A stretch of 64,000 nt of DNA from Candidatus Latescibacterota bacterium. GTDB lineage: Bacteria; Latescibacterota; UBA2968; GCA-2709665. This document shows, piece by piece, positions 1 to 10,566 of the stretch. The position numbers were made by a program, and so were the translations under genes. The notes beneath the pieces were generated by a model that did no database searches, had not been told where the DNA came from, and saw nothing but the letters and a program-made list of their open reading frames with translations. The stretch spans positions 608,001 through 672,000 of the forward strand of contig OZ244937.1 in NCBI GenBank assembly GCA_965222075.1, in the 5' to 3' direction. Positions within the stretch are counted from its first letter, which is position 1; every line of letters begins with the position of its first letter.

Positions 1-104
1 TGCGAGACCGGGCTGGTGTGGGAGAAGCGCGACTTAGAACGCGGGTTCGGAATGTTTCCCCATTTTGGGGATGCGGCGTATTTTAACGCGCCGCCGGGTT
101 ATCC

Positions 105-1028
105 TTAGGGGGCCTGGTTCACCATCTCGATGCCCAGGGCCTCCAGGGCGGTCCGGATTTCGGCGCGTGCGTTGGGAGAGGCGTCCACCCTGGGAGGGCG
201 CACCGGGCCGCCGGCGAGACCGACCAGGTCGAGGGCGGTTTTGGGTACCGTGGCGTCTCCATAGGCCAGGCGGAGCCTTTCCAGGGGCGCCAGCCGGGTC
301 TGGATTTCGACCATGCGGGGCCAGTCCTGCCGGAGGGCGGACCGGTGCAGGTCGAGTTCGTATTTCGGGGCGAAGTTGGTGAATCCGGTGGTGAAGCCTT
401 CAATGCCGGCCTGGTAGCGGAAGTGGAGCACACCGGGGTCGTGGCGTTTGTTGCCGATCCAGACGAAGCGGTTTCCAAGCAGTTTGATGGCTTTGAAGAG
501 GTTGTGTGGGGTGTGGCAGGGGTCTTTGATCCCGATGATGCGGTCGATTTCGGCGAGGCGGGCGAAGAATTCCGGGGGCCAGGCCTGGGTGTTGTAGGGT
601 AAGAAGGGGACGTCCGAAGCGTCGGCCAGGGTTTGATAGTAGGCGAAGACGCCTTCCAGGTCTTTGGGAACCATGTTGCGGATGAAGGGGGCCATGGCAA
701 GCATGACACGCGCGTCCATTTTCTCGTAGCGGGGTGCCAGCGCCAGGGCGGCGTTGAGGTTTCCAGGCAGCGTGGGGAGGATGAGGGCCCGGTCGCCGGC
801 AAGGTCGAGCGCCGTCTGGGCGAGGGTAAGGAGTTCGACATCGGTGAGGGCCTCGATTTCGCCCGTGCCCCCGCCGATGTTGATGACCTGCACGCCGTTT
901 TCGATGAGAAAAGCAAGGTTGCGGGCCAGGCCGTCCAGGTCGAGTTGAGACAGGTCGTCCCGTTTAAACGGGGTAACGGCGAAGGCGTGTACGTTTCTGA
1001 GTTTCTGTCTCAGATCTTCCGGGAACAT
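105..1028 (-). CDS. Dihydrodipicolinate synthase (DapA/KDG dehydratase-like) family protein
   Basis: Motifs VTPF, GGTGE, YN and GIKD (Schiff-base Lys). The ATG at 1028 is preceded by an AAAGGAGA RBS. Confidence 0.85.
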   Translation of the reverse strand: MFPEDLRQKLRNVHAFAVTPFKRDDLSQLDLDGLARNLAFLIENGVQVINIGGGTGEIEALTDVELLTLAQTALDLAGDRALILPTLPGNLNAALALAPRYEKMDARVMLAMAPFIRNMVPKDLEGVFAYYQTLADASDVPFLPYNTQAWPPEFFARLAEIDRIIGIKDPCHTPHNLFKAIKLLGNRFVWIGNKRHDPGVLHFRYQAGIEGFTTGFTNFAPKYELDLHRSALRQDWPRMVEIQTRLAPLERLRLAYGDATVPKTALDLVGLAGGPVRPPRVDASPNARAEIRTALEALGIEMVNQAP

Positions 1029-1243
1029 GGGATCTCCTTTTGAGAAAATTTCAATTTGGCCCTGTGGTCGGCCGGAAGGCCGTGCTCCGGGTACAAACGG
1101 TGCAGGGCCTTGACGCCTGCTGCCTCTGAGATCTCGGTTGAGGGTGTGCGAGGCGTCTTCCAATATAAGAAATATGTTGCAGAATGAGGGTCGAAAGTTA
1201 TTATCCTGATCTGCAGGGGCCTGCCCCTGTGAGGAGGTTAGAT

Positions 1244-2239
1244 ATGATGAAGATAGGTACCCGAATCAGCCCCGACTGGCTGGACCGGCCGGACGACCTG
1301 AAGTTTTTAAAGCAGATCGGCGTGGACTGTGTGGATATCACGTTCGACATTTTCCCCGGGTGTAAAGAGGCAAGCGGACGGCTCAACCGGGAGGGCGTGG
1401 AACAGGTGGTGGAGGCGCTGGACCGCGCCGGGCTTCCGATCGAGCGCGCCACTTCTCTGGGCACCTATACAGGGGCGACTTTCTCAGGCGAGCCGGGTTC
1501 GGAACAGGAGATCGACAATCTGGTCCACAATGTCCGGATCTGCGGAGCGTTCAACATGCCCGTTATGGGGGTGCAGTGCTTCCAGGCAGGGCAGTTCGGG
1601 AAATTCGACGTGGAGATGCACAGTATGGTTGAAGGCCGTGGGGGATACCGTCACTTGAAGATGGACCTTTCGCAGGTGCTGGATCAACCCCCGCCACCCG
1701 GGGCGCCTACGCACGAGGAGGTGTGGGAGCGGACGTTGAAGATCTTTCGAGCGGTGGTGCCTGAGGCGGAGAGCGCGGGGGTGAAGATTGCAATGCACGG
1801 GAACGATCCGCCGGTGCCGAGCATTTGCGGGGTGCCGCAGGTTCTGTACGATTTCGACGCGTTCGACCGGCTGTTTTCGGAGGTGCCGTCTCCAAACAAC
1901 GGGATGACGTTCTGCGTGGGCACCCGGTACGAGTCGGGACAGGATGTGTTCGAGGGGATCAGGCGCTTTGGGGCACAGGGCAAGATTTTTCACGTGCACT
2001 TCCGCAATGTGAAGGGGACGATTCCCCAGACCGGGGGATACGCAGAGGTGATTCCGGACGATGGCGACCTGAATATGTACGAGGTGGCGAAGGGGCTGCA
2101 CGAGGTGGGATACGAAGGCGCGATCGATTACGACCACATTATGCGGCTTTCGACGGACGGGCCGGAGGGGCGGGAGTACATCGCCTTCTGCGTGGGCCAT
2201 ATGCGGGGCATTCTGCAGGCGCTGGAGAGCGGCCGTTGA
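1244..2239 (+). CDS. Mannonate dehydratase (UxuA) family protein
   Basis: Motifs LKQIGVD, AMHGNDPP, NGMTFCVGT, HVHFRNV and DH. GAGGAGG RBS before the ATG at 1244. Confidence 0.8.
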   Translation: MMKIGTRISPDWLDRPDDLKFLKQIGVDCVDITFDIFPGCKEASGRLNREGVEQVVEALDRAGLPIERATSLGTYTGATFSGEPGSEQEIDNLVHNVRICGAFNMPVMGVQCFQAGQFGKFDVEMHSMVEGRGGYRHLKMDLSQVLDQPPPPGAPTHEEVWERTLKIFRAVVPEAESAGVKIAMHGNDPPVPSICGVPQVLYDFDAFDRLFSEVPSPNNGMTFCVGTRYESGQDVFEGIRRFGAQGKIFHVHFRNVKGTIPQTGGYAEVIPDDGDLNMYEVAKGLHEVGYEGAIDYDHIMRLSTDGPEGREYIAFCVGHMRGILQALESGR

Positions 2240-2279
2240 CCAATGTCGACCGCCGGGGATTTTAAGCCGGTTTCTCGGG

Positions 2280-3035
2280 TCACCCTCGCCCGATGTAGGG
2301 CATCTTCGTGGCCATGACGGTTATGAATTGTACATTCGCATCCAGGGGGAGACTGGCCATGTACACGACGGCGCGTGCCACGTCATCTGCGTCCATTCTC
2401 GGCTCAACCGCGACAGATCCATGAGCCTGCGGAACGCCCGCGTTCATTCGTTCTGTCCGCTCGGTTGCCGCGTTGCCGATGTCGATCTGGCCGCATGCAA
2501 TATCGTACTTGCGTCCATCCAGAGATGTTGATCTGGTAAGGCCTGTTATCGCATGCTTGGTGGCCGTATAGGGCGCGGAGTATACCCGTGGGACATGCGC
2601 TGATACGGAGCCGTTATTGATGATGCGCCCCCCCCCGGGCTGCTGATCCTTCATGATCTTGAACGCTTCCTGGGTGCACAGAAATGTGCCGGTCAGGTTG
2701 GTATCTACGACCAATTTCCATTGCTCGTAGGTGAGATCTTCCAGGGGTATGGGCGGTGCGCCGATTCCCGCATTGTTGAACAGAAGGTCGAGCCTGCCAA
2801 AGGTCTCTTGCGTTTTGGCGAACAGGGCTCGAACGGAGGCGATATCCGTCACATCCGTGCGCACCACCAGCGCTCGGGAGCCGGCCGATGCCTCCCTGGC
2901 GGTCGTTTCCAAAGCCTCCACACGACGACCTGCCAGGACAACGGAATACCCCTCGTGAAGAAGCGCAAGCGATGTTCGCTTGCCAATGCCAGATCCCGCA
3001 CCTGTAACAATAGCAATCTTGCTGGGAGAACGCAT
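2280..3035 (-). CDS. SDR family oxidoreductase
   Basis: Motifs [12 protein letters not shown] and YTATK (YxxxK). Confidence 0.92.
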   Translation of the reverse strand: MRSPSKIAIVTGAGSGIGKRTSLALLHEGYSVVLAGRRVEALETTAREASAGSRALVVRTDVTDIASVRALFAKTQETFGRLDLLFNNAGIGAPPIPLEDLTYEQWKLVVDTNLTGTFLCTQEAFKIMKDQQPGGGRIINNGSVSAHVPRVYSAPYTATKHAITGLTRSTSLDGRKYDIACGQIDIGNAATERTERMNAGVPQAHGSVAVEPRMDADDVARAVVYMASLPLDANVQFITVMATKMPYIGRG

Positions 3036-3131
3036 CTGCCATACCTCCTGATTGTGAGAATCCAGACCGCTGTTACGGAGCCGTTCAGAACCAGAACCCA
3101 TCACGTCCGAGAAATCGGCATAACTTATCGA

Positions 3132-3470
3132 CTAAGCCCCCGGACAAACCGGGGGTCTCAAAGCGGTTGACAATTTTAGAAATATTCGAGAGCCTTCCAA
3201 TGTGAACCATCCAAAGCTCACAGAAAGGGAAAGGAGAGGCTGTCGTGAGCAACGTTCAGAGTATACGCCACACGGTCTGGGAATGCAAGTATCATTCCTG
3301 TCTGCCTCCTGCCTGCGCAGTGCCCTGCGCTGCAGGCAGGTCGGCACAGGCAGGTGGTATGGATTCCGAAATGCCGAAGGCAAGCGCTGTATGGACAGCT
3401 TCGCCAGTATGTGGGAGGAGTTCTTCGAGAGCTGGTGCGTCAACGAGAGAGTCGGGTGGCGTAAAGGTCC
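3132..3470 (+). mobile_element. tnpA: IS200/IS605-family remnant: subterminal hairpin plus truncated, interrupted tnpA
   Basis: CCCCCGG-acaaa-CCGGGGG hairpin near 3137-3155. From the GTG at 3245, removing the 58-bp insert 3297-3354 gives HTVWECKYHLVWIPKCRRQALYGQLRQYVGGVLRELVRQRE, a typical Y1 transposase N-terminus. Stop at 3462-3464, before the HUH motif. Confidence 0.85.
3297..3354. repeat. Nested palindromic micro-element inserted in tnpA
   Basis: Outer CCTGTCTGCC...GGCACAGGCAGG encloses inner CCTGCCTGC...GCAGGCAGG. Removing it restores the KYHLVW frame. Confidence 0.8.
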
Positions 3471-3583
3471 GCCCAGCCCCGCACAAGAAAACATTTGACA
3501 ATAACTGAAAACAACTACAAACTACATGGCTATTATGAGTTATCCTGGGCAAAAATCACTTTGCAGTTGGAAAGGTATATTCG

Positions 3584-3784
3584 ATGGATGAAAAACCGGG
3601 CGGTGTACTGACCATCAAGGAGCTGTCTGTCTACCTGAGAATTCCGATGTCAACACTCTACAAACTTGTGCGGGAAGGCAAGATTCCTTCCCAAAAGGTA
3701 GGGCGCCATTGGCGTTTTCGAAAAGAAACCATTGATCGGTGGTTGGACGAAACATGGGCGAAAGAACCGAAACCCGAAGGATAA
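3584..3784 (+). CDS. Excisionase-like/MerR-type HTH (HTH_17) DNA-binding protein, probable BREX regulator
   Basis: Pattern LTIKELSVYLRI..STLYKLVREGKIP..KVGRHWRF. First gene of the BREX operon. Confidence 0.85.
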   Translation: MDEKPGGVLTIKELSVYLRIPMSTLYKLVREGKIPSQKVGRHWRFRKETIDRWLDETWAKEPKPEG

Positions 3785-3789
3785 GAGTG

Positions 3790-4266
3790 ATGGCGGAACC
3801 CCTTGCAGACCAAATCATGCGAAAGGTCAAACAGACCGCCGAGCTCTATCACCGGCTGATATTGGTCGTCGCACCGGCAGGCGCAGGCAAAACCACTGCG
3901 TTGCAGGATGTGCGGGATCGCACTGGTGCGCCCCTGGTAAATGTCAACCTCGAGCTTTCTCGCCGGATGCTGGAGTTGACCAAGCGCCAGCGGGCCTTAC
4001 AGCTGCCTCGTCTTCTCCGAGCGATCGTCAGCAGAGGCGGCGATGAGACGATCCTGCTCGACAACATTGAAGTCACCTTCGACACTGCTCTGAAACAGGA
4101 TCCGCTTCGACTGCTCCAGGGACTCTCCCGCAACAAGACCGTGGTGGCCGCATGGAACGGCACCATCGTTGAACATTCTTTGATCTATGCCGCTCCGGCC
4201 CACCCGGAGTACAGACGCTATCCAATGCAGGATTTTCTGGTGGCAAGCCCGGACGTGACAATATGA
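3790..4266 (+). CDS. brxF: BREX-3 P-loop protein BrxF
   Basis: Walker [14 protein letters not shown] and [25 protein letters not shown]. Lies directly upstream of brxC. Confidence 0.88.
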   Translation: MAEPLADQIMRKVKQTAELYHRLILVVAPAGAGKTTALQDVRDRTGAPLVNVNLELSRRMLELTKRQRALQLPRLLRAIVSRGGDETILLDNIEVTFDTALKQDPLRLLQGLSRNKTVVAAWNGTIVEHSLIYAAPAHPEYRRYPMQDFLVASPDVTI

Positions 4267-4300
4267 AGACAACAAATTCCACTGCGAGGGAGCAGATACG

Positions 4301-7300
4301 ATGAAATACGGCGACCTGATCCAGTTTGAGCCCATCGAGTCCGTGATCCAATTGCGGGACGCCGACGAAGCGACTGCAGCTCGACAGCTTGTGGAGACCT
4401 ACGTCATATCCGGGGAGATGGCGGAAAAACTGGTGGGCCTGGTCATTCCTCAGCTGCAGTTTGAGCGACCCACCGACAACAAAGGCCTTCTGGTAGTCGG
4501 CAACTACGGCACGGGCAAGTCCCACTTCATGTCAGTAATCTCCGGGCTTGCGGAGAATACCGACCTCGCAGCCAGTCTCAACAATGCCGACGTGGCAGAC
4601 GCTGCCGGAAAAATCGGCGGACGGTTCAAGGTGATCCGCACCGAGATCGGAGCCACCACCATGTCCCTGCGGGACATCCTCGTGGCCGAGTTGGAGGAGC
4701 ATCTTGCGGCGATGGGCGTGAGTTACAGTTTCCCCTCCGCCGACCAGGTATCCAACAACAAACGATCTTTTGAAGAAATGATGACCGCTTTCCACCAGGA
4801 GTTCCCTGACCACGGCCTGCTCCTCGTGGTGGACGAGTTGCTTGATTATCTGCGCGCCCGCAAGGACCAGGAACTCATCCTGGACCTGAACTTCCTTCGT
4901 GAAATCGGCGAGGTTTGCAAAGACCTGCGCTTCCGCTTCATGGCCGGCGTCCAAGAAGCCATCTTCGATAGTCCCCGATTTTCCTTCGTGGCCGACAGTA
5001 TCCGCCGGGTGAAGGATCGGTTTGAGCAAGTACTCATCGCCCGAAAAGACGTCAAGTTCGTAGTAGCTGAGCGGCTGCTCAAGAAGACCGGCGAACAACA
5101 GGCCAGGATACGCCAGTACCTGACACCCTTCAGCAAGTTCTACGGCAACATGAACGAGCGCATAGACGAGTTCGTCCGCCTCTTTCCGGTGCATCCAGAC
5201 TATATCGATACCTTTGAACGGGTGACCGCCGTGGAGAAGCGCGAGGTGCTGAAAACTCTCTCTCTATCCATGAAGAAAATGCTCAACCAGGACATACCGG
5301 ACGACTGTCCCGGGCTCATTGCCTACGACACCTACTGGACAAACCTCCGCGAGAACCCCTCGTTTCGTGCTGTTCCGGATATCAGGGCGGTCATCGACTG
5401 CAGCCAGGTGCTGGAGTCCCGCATCCAGCAGGCATTCACGCGCCCAGCCTATAAACCCATGGCGATGCAGCTCATCCATGCCCTTTCGGTACACCGGCTT
5501 ACCACCGGTGACATCTACGCCACCCTGGGCGCAACGGCCAGGGAGTTGCGTGACGGGCTTTGCCTCTATCAACCGGGCATTGAGGGTTTGGGCGGCGACC
5601 CGGCCGACAATCTGCTCACGCAGGTGGAGACCGTTCTCCGGGAAATCCACAGGACGGTCAACGGGCAATTCATTTCATCGAACTTGGACAACCGGCAGTT
5701 CTATCTCGACCTGAAGAAGACCGACGACTTTGACGCGCTGATCGAAAGGCGTGCCGAGAGCCTCGACGCCTCCCAACTGGATCGTTACTACTACGAGGCC
5801 CTGAAACGGGTCATGGAATGTACGGACCAGACCTACGTGACCGGCTACAAGATCTGGCAGCACGAGCTGGAGTGGTTGGAGCGGAAGGCAGCACGGCAGG
5901 GGTATCTCTTCTTCGGCGCGCCCAACGAACGCTCCACCGCCGTTCCACCGCGGGACTTTTACCTCTATTTCATCCAGCCCTTTGATGCGCCGCATTTCAA
6001 GGATGAAAAAAACTCCGACGAGTTGTTCCTGCGGCTCACCAACACGGGCGACGAATTCCGCACTGCACTCAGAAATTACGCCGCGGCCCTGGACCTGGCT
6101 TCCACTTCATCGGGGCACGCCAAGTCCACCTACGAGTCCAAGTCATCCCATTTTCTGCGGGAACTGGTGCAGTGGCTGCAGAAGCATATGGCAGATGCCT
6201 TCAAGGTCACCTACCAGGGGCGCACCAAGTCGCTCATCGAATGGGCCAAAGGCAAGTCGATCCGGGAACTGTCTGGCATTGGCTCCCATGAGCGCATCAA
6301 CTTCCGTGACCTCGTCAACATTATCGCCGGCGTCTGCCTGGGAGCGCACTTCCGGGATCGGGCACCTGAATATCCCTTCTTCTCGGTGCTCATCACCGGG
6401 TCCAACCGGGACCAGGCCGCACAAGATGCCCTGCGCGCTATTGCCGGCCAGAACCGCACCAAACAGGCGACAGCAGTACTGGATGCGCTCGAACTGCTCG
6501 ACGGCGAACGCTTCGATCCTGACAACTCCAAGTACGCCAAACACATCCTCGCACTGCTTAAGCAGAAAGGCCACGGCCAAGTGGTCAATCGCTCCGAGCT
6601 GATTCACGACGACAAGGGTGTGGAATACATGGACAAGGACCGGCAGCGTCTGGAACCCGAATGGGTTGCTGTCATCCTGGCCGCGCTGGTCTATTCCGGC
6701 GATCTGGTTCTCGCCATTCCGGGCAAAAAGTTCGACGCCATCGGCCTACCGCAGTTGGCAGGGTTCGGCATGGGCGAACTCGCACATTTCAAACACATTG
6801 AGCAGCCCAAGGACTGGGACCTTCCCGCGCTCAAGGCCCTGTTTGAACTGCTCCGTCTCACGCCCGGCTTGGCGCAATTAGTCACCCAGAGCAAGGAGGA
6901 ACCGGTCCAACAGTTGCAGAAAGTCATTTCCGAATTGGTGGAAAAATTGGTGCTTCTGCAGCAGAGCCTGCAAAGCGGTCTGATCTTCTGGGGCCGTAAC
7001 CTGCTGGCCGAGGAAGAGACACAGAAACTTCGCACCCGGCTCGACGAGACCAAGACCTTCCTGGAATCGCTCCAGGCCTATACCTCGCCCGGCAAGCTCA
7101 AGAACTTCCGCTACGATGCCCAGGAGGTCGCGTCCCATCGGGATGGGCTCAATTCCCTGGCCGAGATCGAATCCCTCCAGGAACTGGTGGCCGATCTCGG
7201 CACTACTGCGTCCTTCCTCTCCACCGCCGAGCAGGTGCTGCCTGCGGAACACGAGTGGGTGGGCAAGACGAAAGAGGCGCGTGATGAGGTTCTCGCCCAA

Positions 7301-8029
7301 CTCGGCGATCCGGCCAAGCGCGGCGGCGCCACATTCCGCCAGCAGACCCAGCGCAAATTGGCTGACCTCAAGACGGCATATCTACAGACCTATCTGGGGC
7401 TGCACACGAAGGCGCGGCTGGGCGTGAACGAGGACAAGCGCAAGATCGAGCTGATGAGCGACGAGCGGCTCAAGTTGCTGCAGAAGCTATCCACCATTGA
7501 GTTGATGCCCCGCCAGCATCTGACCGATTTTCAAAATCGTCTGGCCAGATTGAAGAGTTGCTTTGCCCTCATAGAACAAGAGATGGACGCCGCGCCCGTC
7601 TGCCCGCATTGTGGCTTCAAACCAAGCGTGGAGCCGGCCACCACTCCTGCGGGAACGGTGCTGAATGGTTTGGACGACGAACTGGACAAACTGGTCGCAG
7701 ACTGGACCCAAACGCTACTGACCAACCTGGAGGACCCGACTACAAAGGGCAACCTGGATCTGCTCAGGCCCGAACCCAAAAAGCTGGTGAACGGCTTCAT
7801 CGACAAACGGGTTCTGCCGGACGAACTCGACCAGGACTTCATCCGTGCCCTGGACGAGGTGCTTTCCGAGCTCCAGAAGGTACCGGTCAAAACCGCTAAC
7901 CTGCGCGCCGCCCTGCTCTCCGGAGGCTCACCGGCAACGCCGGCGGAAATGAAGAAACGTTTCGAGGACTACCTGGATGAACTAACCAGGGGCAAAGAGC
8001 CGGGCAAGGTGAGGATTGTATTGGAGTAA
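4301..8029 (+). CDS. brxC: BREX-3 ATPase BrxC/PglY (DUF6079-type)
   Basis: 1242 aa. Walker A GNYGTGKS, Walker B LLVVDE, C-terminal CPHC. BREX gene order. Confidence 0.88.
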   Translation: MKYGDLIQFEPIESVIQLRDADEATAARQLVETYVISGEMAEKLVGLVIPQLQFERPTDNKGLLVVGNYGTGKSHFMSVISGLAENTDLAASLNNADVADAAGKIGGRFKVIRTEIGATTMSLRDILVAELEEHLAAMGVSYSFPSADQVSNNKRSFEEMMTAFHQEFPDHGLLLVVDELLDYLRARKDQELILDLNFLREIGEVCKDLRFRFMAGVQEAIFDSPRFSFVADSIRRVKDRFEQVLIARKDVKFVVAERLLKKTGEQQARIRQYLTPFSKFYGNMNERIDEFVRLFPVHPDYIDTFERVTAVEKREVLKTLSLSMKKMLNQDIPDDCPGLIAYDTYWTNLRENPSFRAVPDIRAVIDCSQVLESRIQQAFTRPAYKPMAMQLIHALSVHRLTTGDIYATLGATARELRDGLCLYQPGIEGLGGDPADNLLTQVETVLREIHRTVNGQFISSNLDNRQFYLDLKKTDDFDALIERRAESLDASQLDRYYYEALKRVMECTDQTYVTGYKIWQHELEWLERKAARQGYLFFGAPNERSTAVPPRDFYLYFIQPFDAPHFKDEKNSDELFLRLTNTGDEFRTALRNYAAALDLASTSSGHAKSTYESKSSHFLRELVQWLQKHMADAFKVTYQGRTKSLIEWAKGKSIRELSGIGSHERINFRDLVNIIAGVCLGAHFRDRAPEYPFFSVLITGSNRDQAAQDALRAIAGQNRTKQATAVLDALELLDGERFDPDNSKYAKHILALLKQKGHGQVVNRSELIHDDKGVEYMDKDRQRLEPEWVAVILAALVYSGDLVLAIPGKKFDAIGLPQLAGFGMGELAHFKHIEQPKDWDLPALKALFELLRLTPGLAQLVTQSKEEPVQQLQKVISELVEKLVLLQQSLQSGLIFWGRNLLAEEETQKLRTRLDETKTFLESLQAYTSPGKLKNFRYDAQEVASHRDGLNSLAEIESLQELVADLGTTASFLSTAEQVLPAEHEWVGKTKEARDEVLAQLGDPAKRGGATFRQQTQRKLADLKTAYLQTYLGLHTKARLGVNEDKRKIELMSDERLKLLQKLSTIELMPRQHLTDFQNRLARLKSCFALIEQEMDAAPVCPHCGFKPSVEPATTPAGTVLNGLDDELDKLVADWTQTLLTNLEDPTTKGNLDLLRPEPKKLVNGFIDKRVLPDELDQDFIRALDEVLSELQKVPVKTANLRAALLSGGSPATPAEMKKRFEDYLDELTRGKEPGKVRIVLE

Positions 8030-9006
8030 GAAACGGGGCGCATGTGGCGTTCCGATTTGAAAGAACGATTCCGCCATACTGACCAAGCTACTGACCAACC
8101 CGGTGGCCTTGGGGCGAACTTGGTCACTTCTCCGCTAACCGAGAAGGCGGACTTGTGCAGTGATCAAGTTGGTCTATGGGCGGCAACTTGTTCACTGCAC
8201 AAGTTGAATCAAAACGGGGATGAGAATGACTGGCAACTACGATGAACAGAATCTATTCGACCTGGAGCCTTCCGCCAAGCCGCAGGGGCCGGTGGAATGC
8301 CTGGGCATGACCTTCGAAAACGACGAGAAACGCCGGGAGTATTTCCTGGGGAAACTGCGCGAGAAGCTTAAGGACCCGGAGTTCCGCAAGATCGAGGGAT
8401 TCCCCATTGGCGAGGACGAGGACATCCTGGCACTGTCCGATCCGCCGTATTATACCGCTTGTCCGAATCCTTTCATTGAGGATTTCATCAAGCACTATGG
8501 GAAGCCGTATGACCCGGTTATCGATGATTATCGGCGAGAGCCATTTGCTTCGGATGTGAGCGAGGGAAAGAACGACCCGATCTATAACGTTCACTCCTAT
8601 CACACGAAGGTGCCACATAAGGCTGTCATGCGGTATATCCTTCACTATACACAACCAGGAGATGTCGTTTTTGATGGTTTTGGTGGTACTGGTATGGCTG
8701 GGGTGGCAGCCCAATTATGCGGTAACCGCAGTGTCGTTGAGAGGCTTGGCCTCAGAATTGAGAAAGACGGCACAATTGTTGACGAAAAAGGTCATGCATG
8801 CGCAGTACTTGGTCGACGAAAAACAATCATTAGCGATCTTTCCCCCCTGGCGACCTATGTGTCATCACGATATAACGACTTTGATTCCTCTCAGTATTCG
8901 GACAAGAAATGTCATGATCTAATCAACTCGCTCGAAGCAGATTTCCAAGATTTATACAACACAACAAATCCCCATTCTGGCAGTTCTGGGCGTGCACTTT
9001 TCTATG

Positions 9007-10566
9007 GGGTGTAGCCTCGTTTTTACGCTGCGATTCTGTGAATTGTTATAGGTGTGGTTTGCTGCAGGTACCAGTTCCAGAAAGCATCCCATCGTTTCGA
9101 TTGAACGAGGACTCGTAGGTTGAGGATCCGCTGGCCGCCTTCTCGAGTCCAGCGCATGCCGCTTCTTTTAAGCCGGTGGCCAACGATGGTCTTGGCAGCG
9201 GCCTCCACAGGGCCACTGGCAATGATCAACCCCAAGGCGTGATAGCGAGCGTATTCCATTTTGTCCCGGTTGTTGCGGAAGTAGCCCAGTTCGACGCTCG
9301 CTTGGCGATAGCGTTTTGATCCGCTTGGCAGTTTGCGGCGGTGGTAGGATAGGGAGCGGATCAGGCCCTTTATGGCATTGGGTTCATGGCGCAATTTGTG
9401 CCGCCAAGATCGGTACCAGCGATCTGCTTTCGCCGAGGCCTTGCCGAAAAGATGCTCGGCGGCCTTGGACAGGTGGTGCGCTGCGTGATAGAAGTCCAGA
9501 ATGCGGGTGAACCCGTCGAACACACTTTGCTGGTCTACAGTATGCCAGATCGCTCGTTTGCCGTCGGCCAACACGACCCGGTGGTCATAGCTTCCCTGCT
9601 GCAAGGCCTTTGCCGTCTGGTCCACCAAGCCGTTGACCAGGGTCTCCATCTTCGTCTCGGGCATACGCGCGGCATAGCGCACGTCAACGCGTTGGGGCTC
9701 TTCCGTCTCCGGATGCAGCGGCGTCAGGTAGGTGGCGACCATGCCCACACCCGCCTCCTTCCAGGCCGTGGGCGCGCTGTTGGTGTCCCTATCCATCGGT
9801 CGTTGGGGTGGACGCCCGCGCTTGGGCGCTGGTTCCCGCAAGGGCACGGTGACCCCGTCCCAACTCACCACCAGGGTGTCGGCTTGGGCATTTAGGGGCG
9901 CCGCCTCTTGCAAGGCCAACTCGAGCTGTTGGGTACCGTCCTCGGCACACTGCCCGACGGTGGTCAACAGGTGCTGAATCGCGGTGCGGGAAGGCGGCTC
10001 GGGCAGCACTTCAGCCAAGCTGTCCTCCACTTCGGCCGGGACCAGGCGGGCACTTAGAAACGCCGTCACGCGCTCCAGCGCCGGTACCATGAAACGATTC
10101 ACCATGCCGCAGCGCTCATCCAAAGGCACCCGGCTTGCCCCGCCCCGGTCGTGCTGATACAGCCGTCGTGGCATCACAACCTTGCCCCACAGGGTCATCC
10201 ACTCCTTGTTGACCACTTGCTTGAATCGGTATACCCGATCCTCACTTACCACCGTCTCGTCCGCGATCTCACAGGCCTGCGCCAGGTGTTGGAACCCAGC
10301 CCGACCGATGTCGTCCAAAGAGGCTCGAAGCTCGTCCATCACCTCGCCGAATGCCTCTGGTCCTGATTGCTCCGACTGCAGGTGTTGCTCCCACTGGAGG
10401 ACATTTTCTTGCAATTTCGCTATACAAGCACTCAGATTCTGTGTATCTTCCATCTGGGACCCCCTTCCGGGTTTTGGGCTTAAGTGTATACACCCAAAAA
10501 TACATTCGTACCCGGATTTGGGGGCCCTCTTTTTGAAAAAAGCTGCGTAAATCAAAACCTACACCC
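9007..10566 (-). mobile_element. 1560-bp insertion sequence, ISKra4/ISLre2-like (Mutator-type DDE)
   Basis: Imperfect TIRs GGGTGTAGCCTCGTTTTTACGCTGC and GGGTGTAGGTTTTGATTTACGCAGC (rc). 8-bp TSD TTTCTATG at 8999-9006 and 10567-10574. Confidence 0.92.
9023..10453 (-). CDS. ISKra4-family DDE transposase
   Basis: Motifs WDG, LADG, ILDFYHA..HL and SGPVEAAAK...RLKRSGMRW. Stop codon lies inside the terminal repeat. Confidence 0.88.
   Translation of the reverse strand: MEDTQNLSACIAKLQENVLQWEQHLQSEQSGPEAFGEVMDELRASLDDIGRAGFQHLAQACEIADETVVSEDRVYRFKQVVNKEWMTLWGKVVMPRRLYQHDRGGASRVPLDERCGMVNRFMVPALERVTAFLSARLVPAEVEDSLAEVLPEPPSRTAIQHLLTTVGQCAEDGTQQLELALQEAAPLNAQADTLVVSWDGVTVPLREPAPKRGRPPQRPMDRDTNSAPTAWKEAGVGMVATYLTPLHPETEEPQRVDVRYAARMPETKMETLVNGLVDQTAKALQQGSYDHRVVLADGKRAIWHTVDQQSVFDGFTRILDFYHAAHHLSKAAEHLFGKASAKADRWYRSWRHKLRHEPNAIKGLIRSLSYHRRKLPSGSKRYRQASVELGYFRNNRDKMEYARYHALGLIIASGPVEAAAKTIVGHRLKRSGMRWTREGGQRILNLRVLVQSKRWDAFWNWYLQQTTPITIHRIAA

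Noticed and set aside
8042-8245. 67-aa ORF between brxC and pglXI
   Set aside because: No recognisable domain; treated as spacer or scar.
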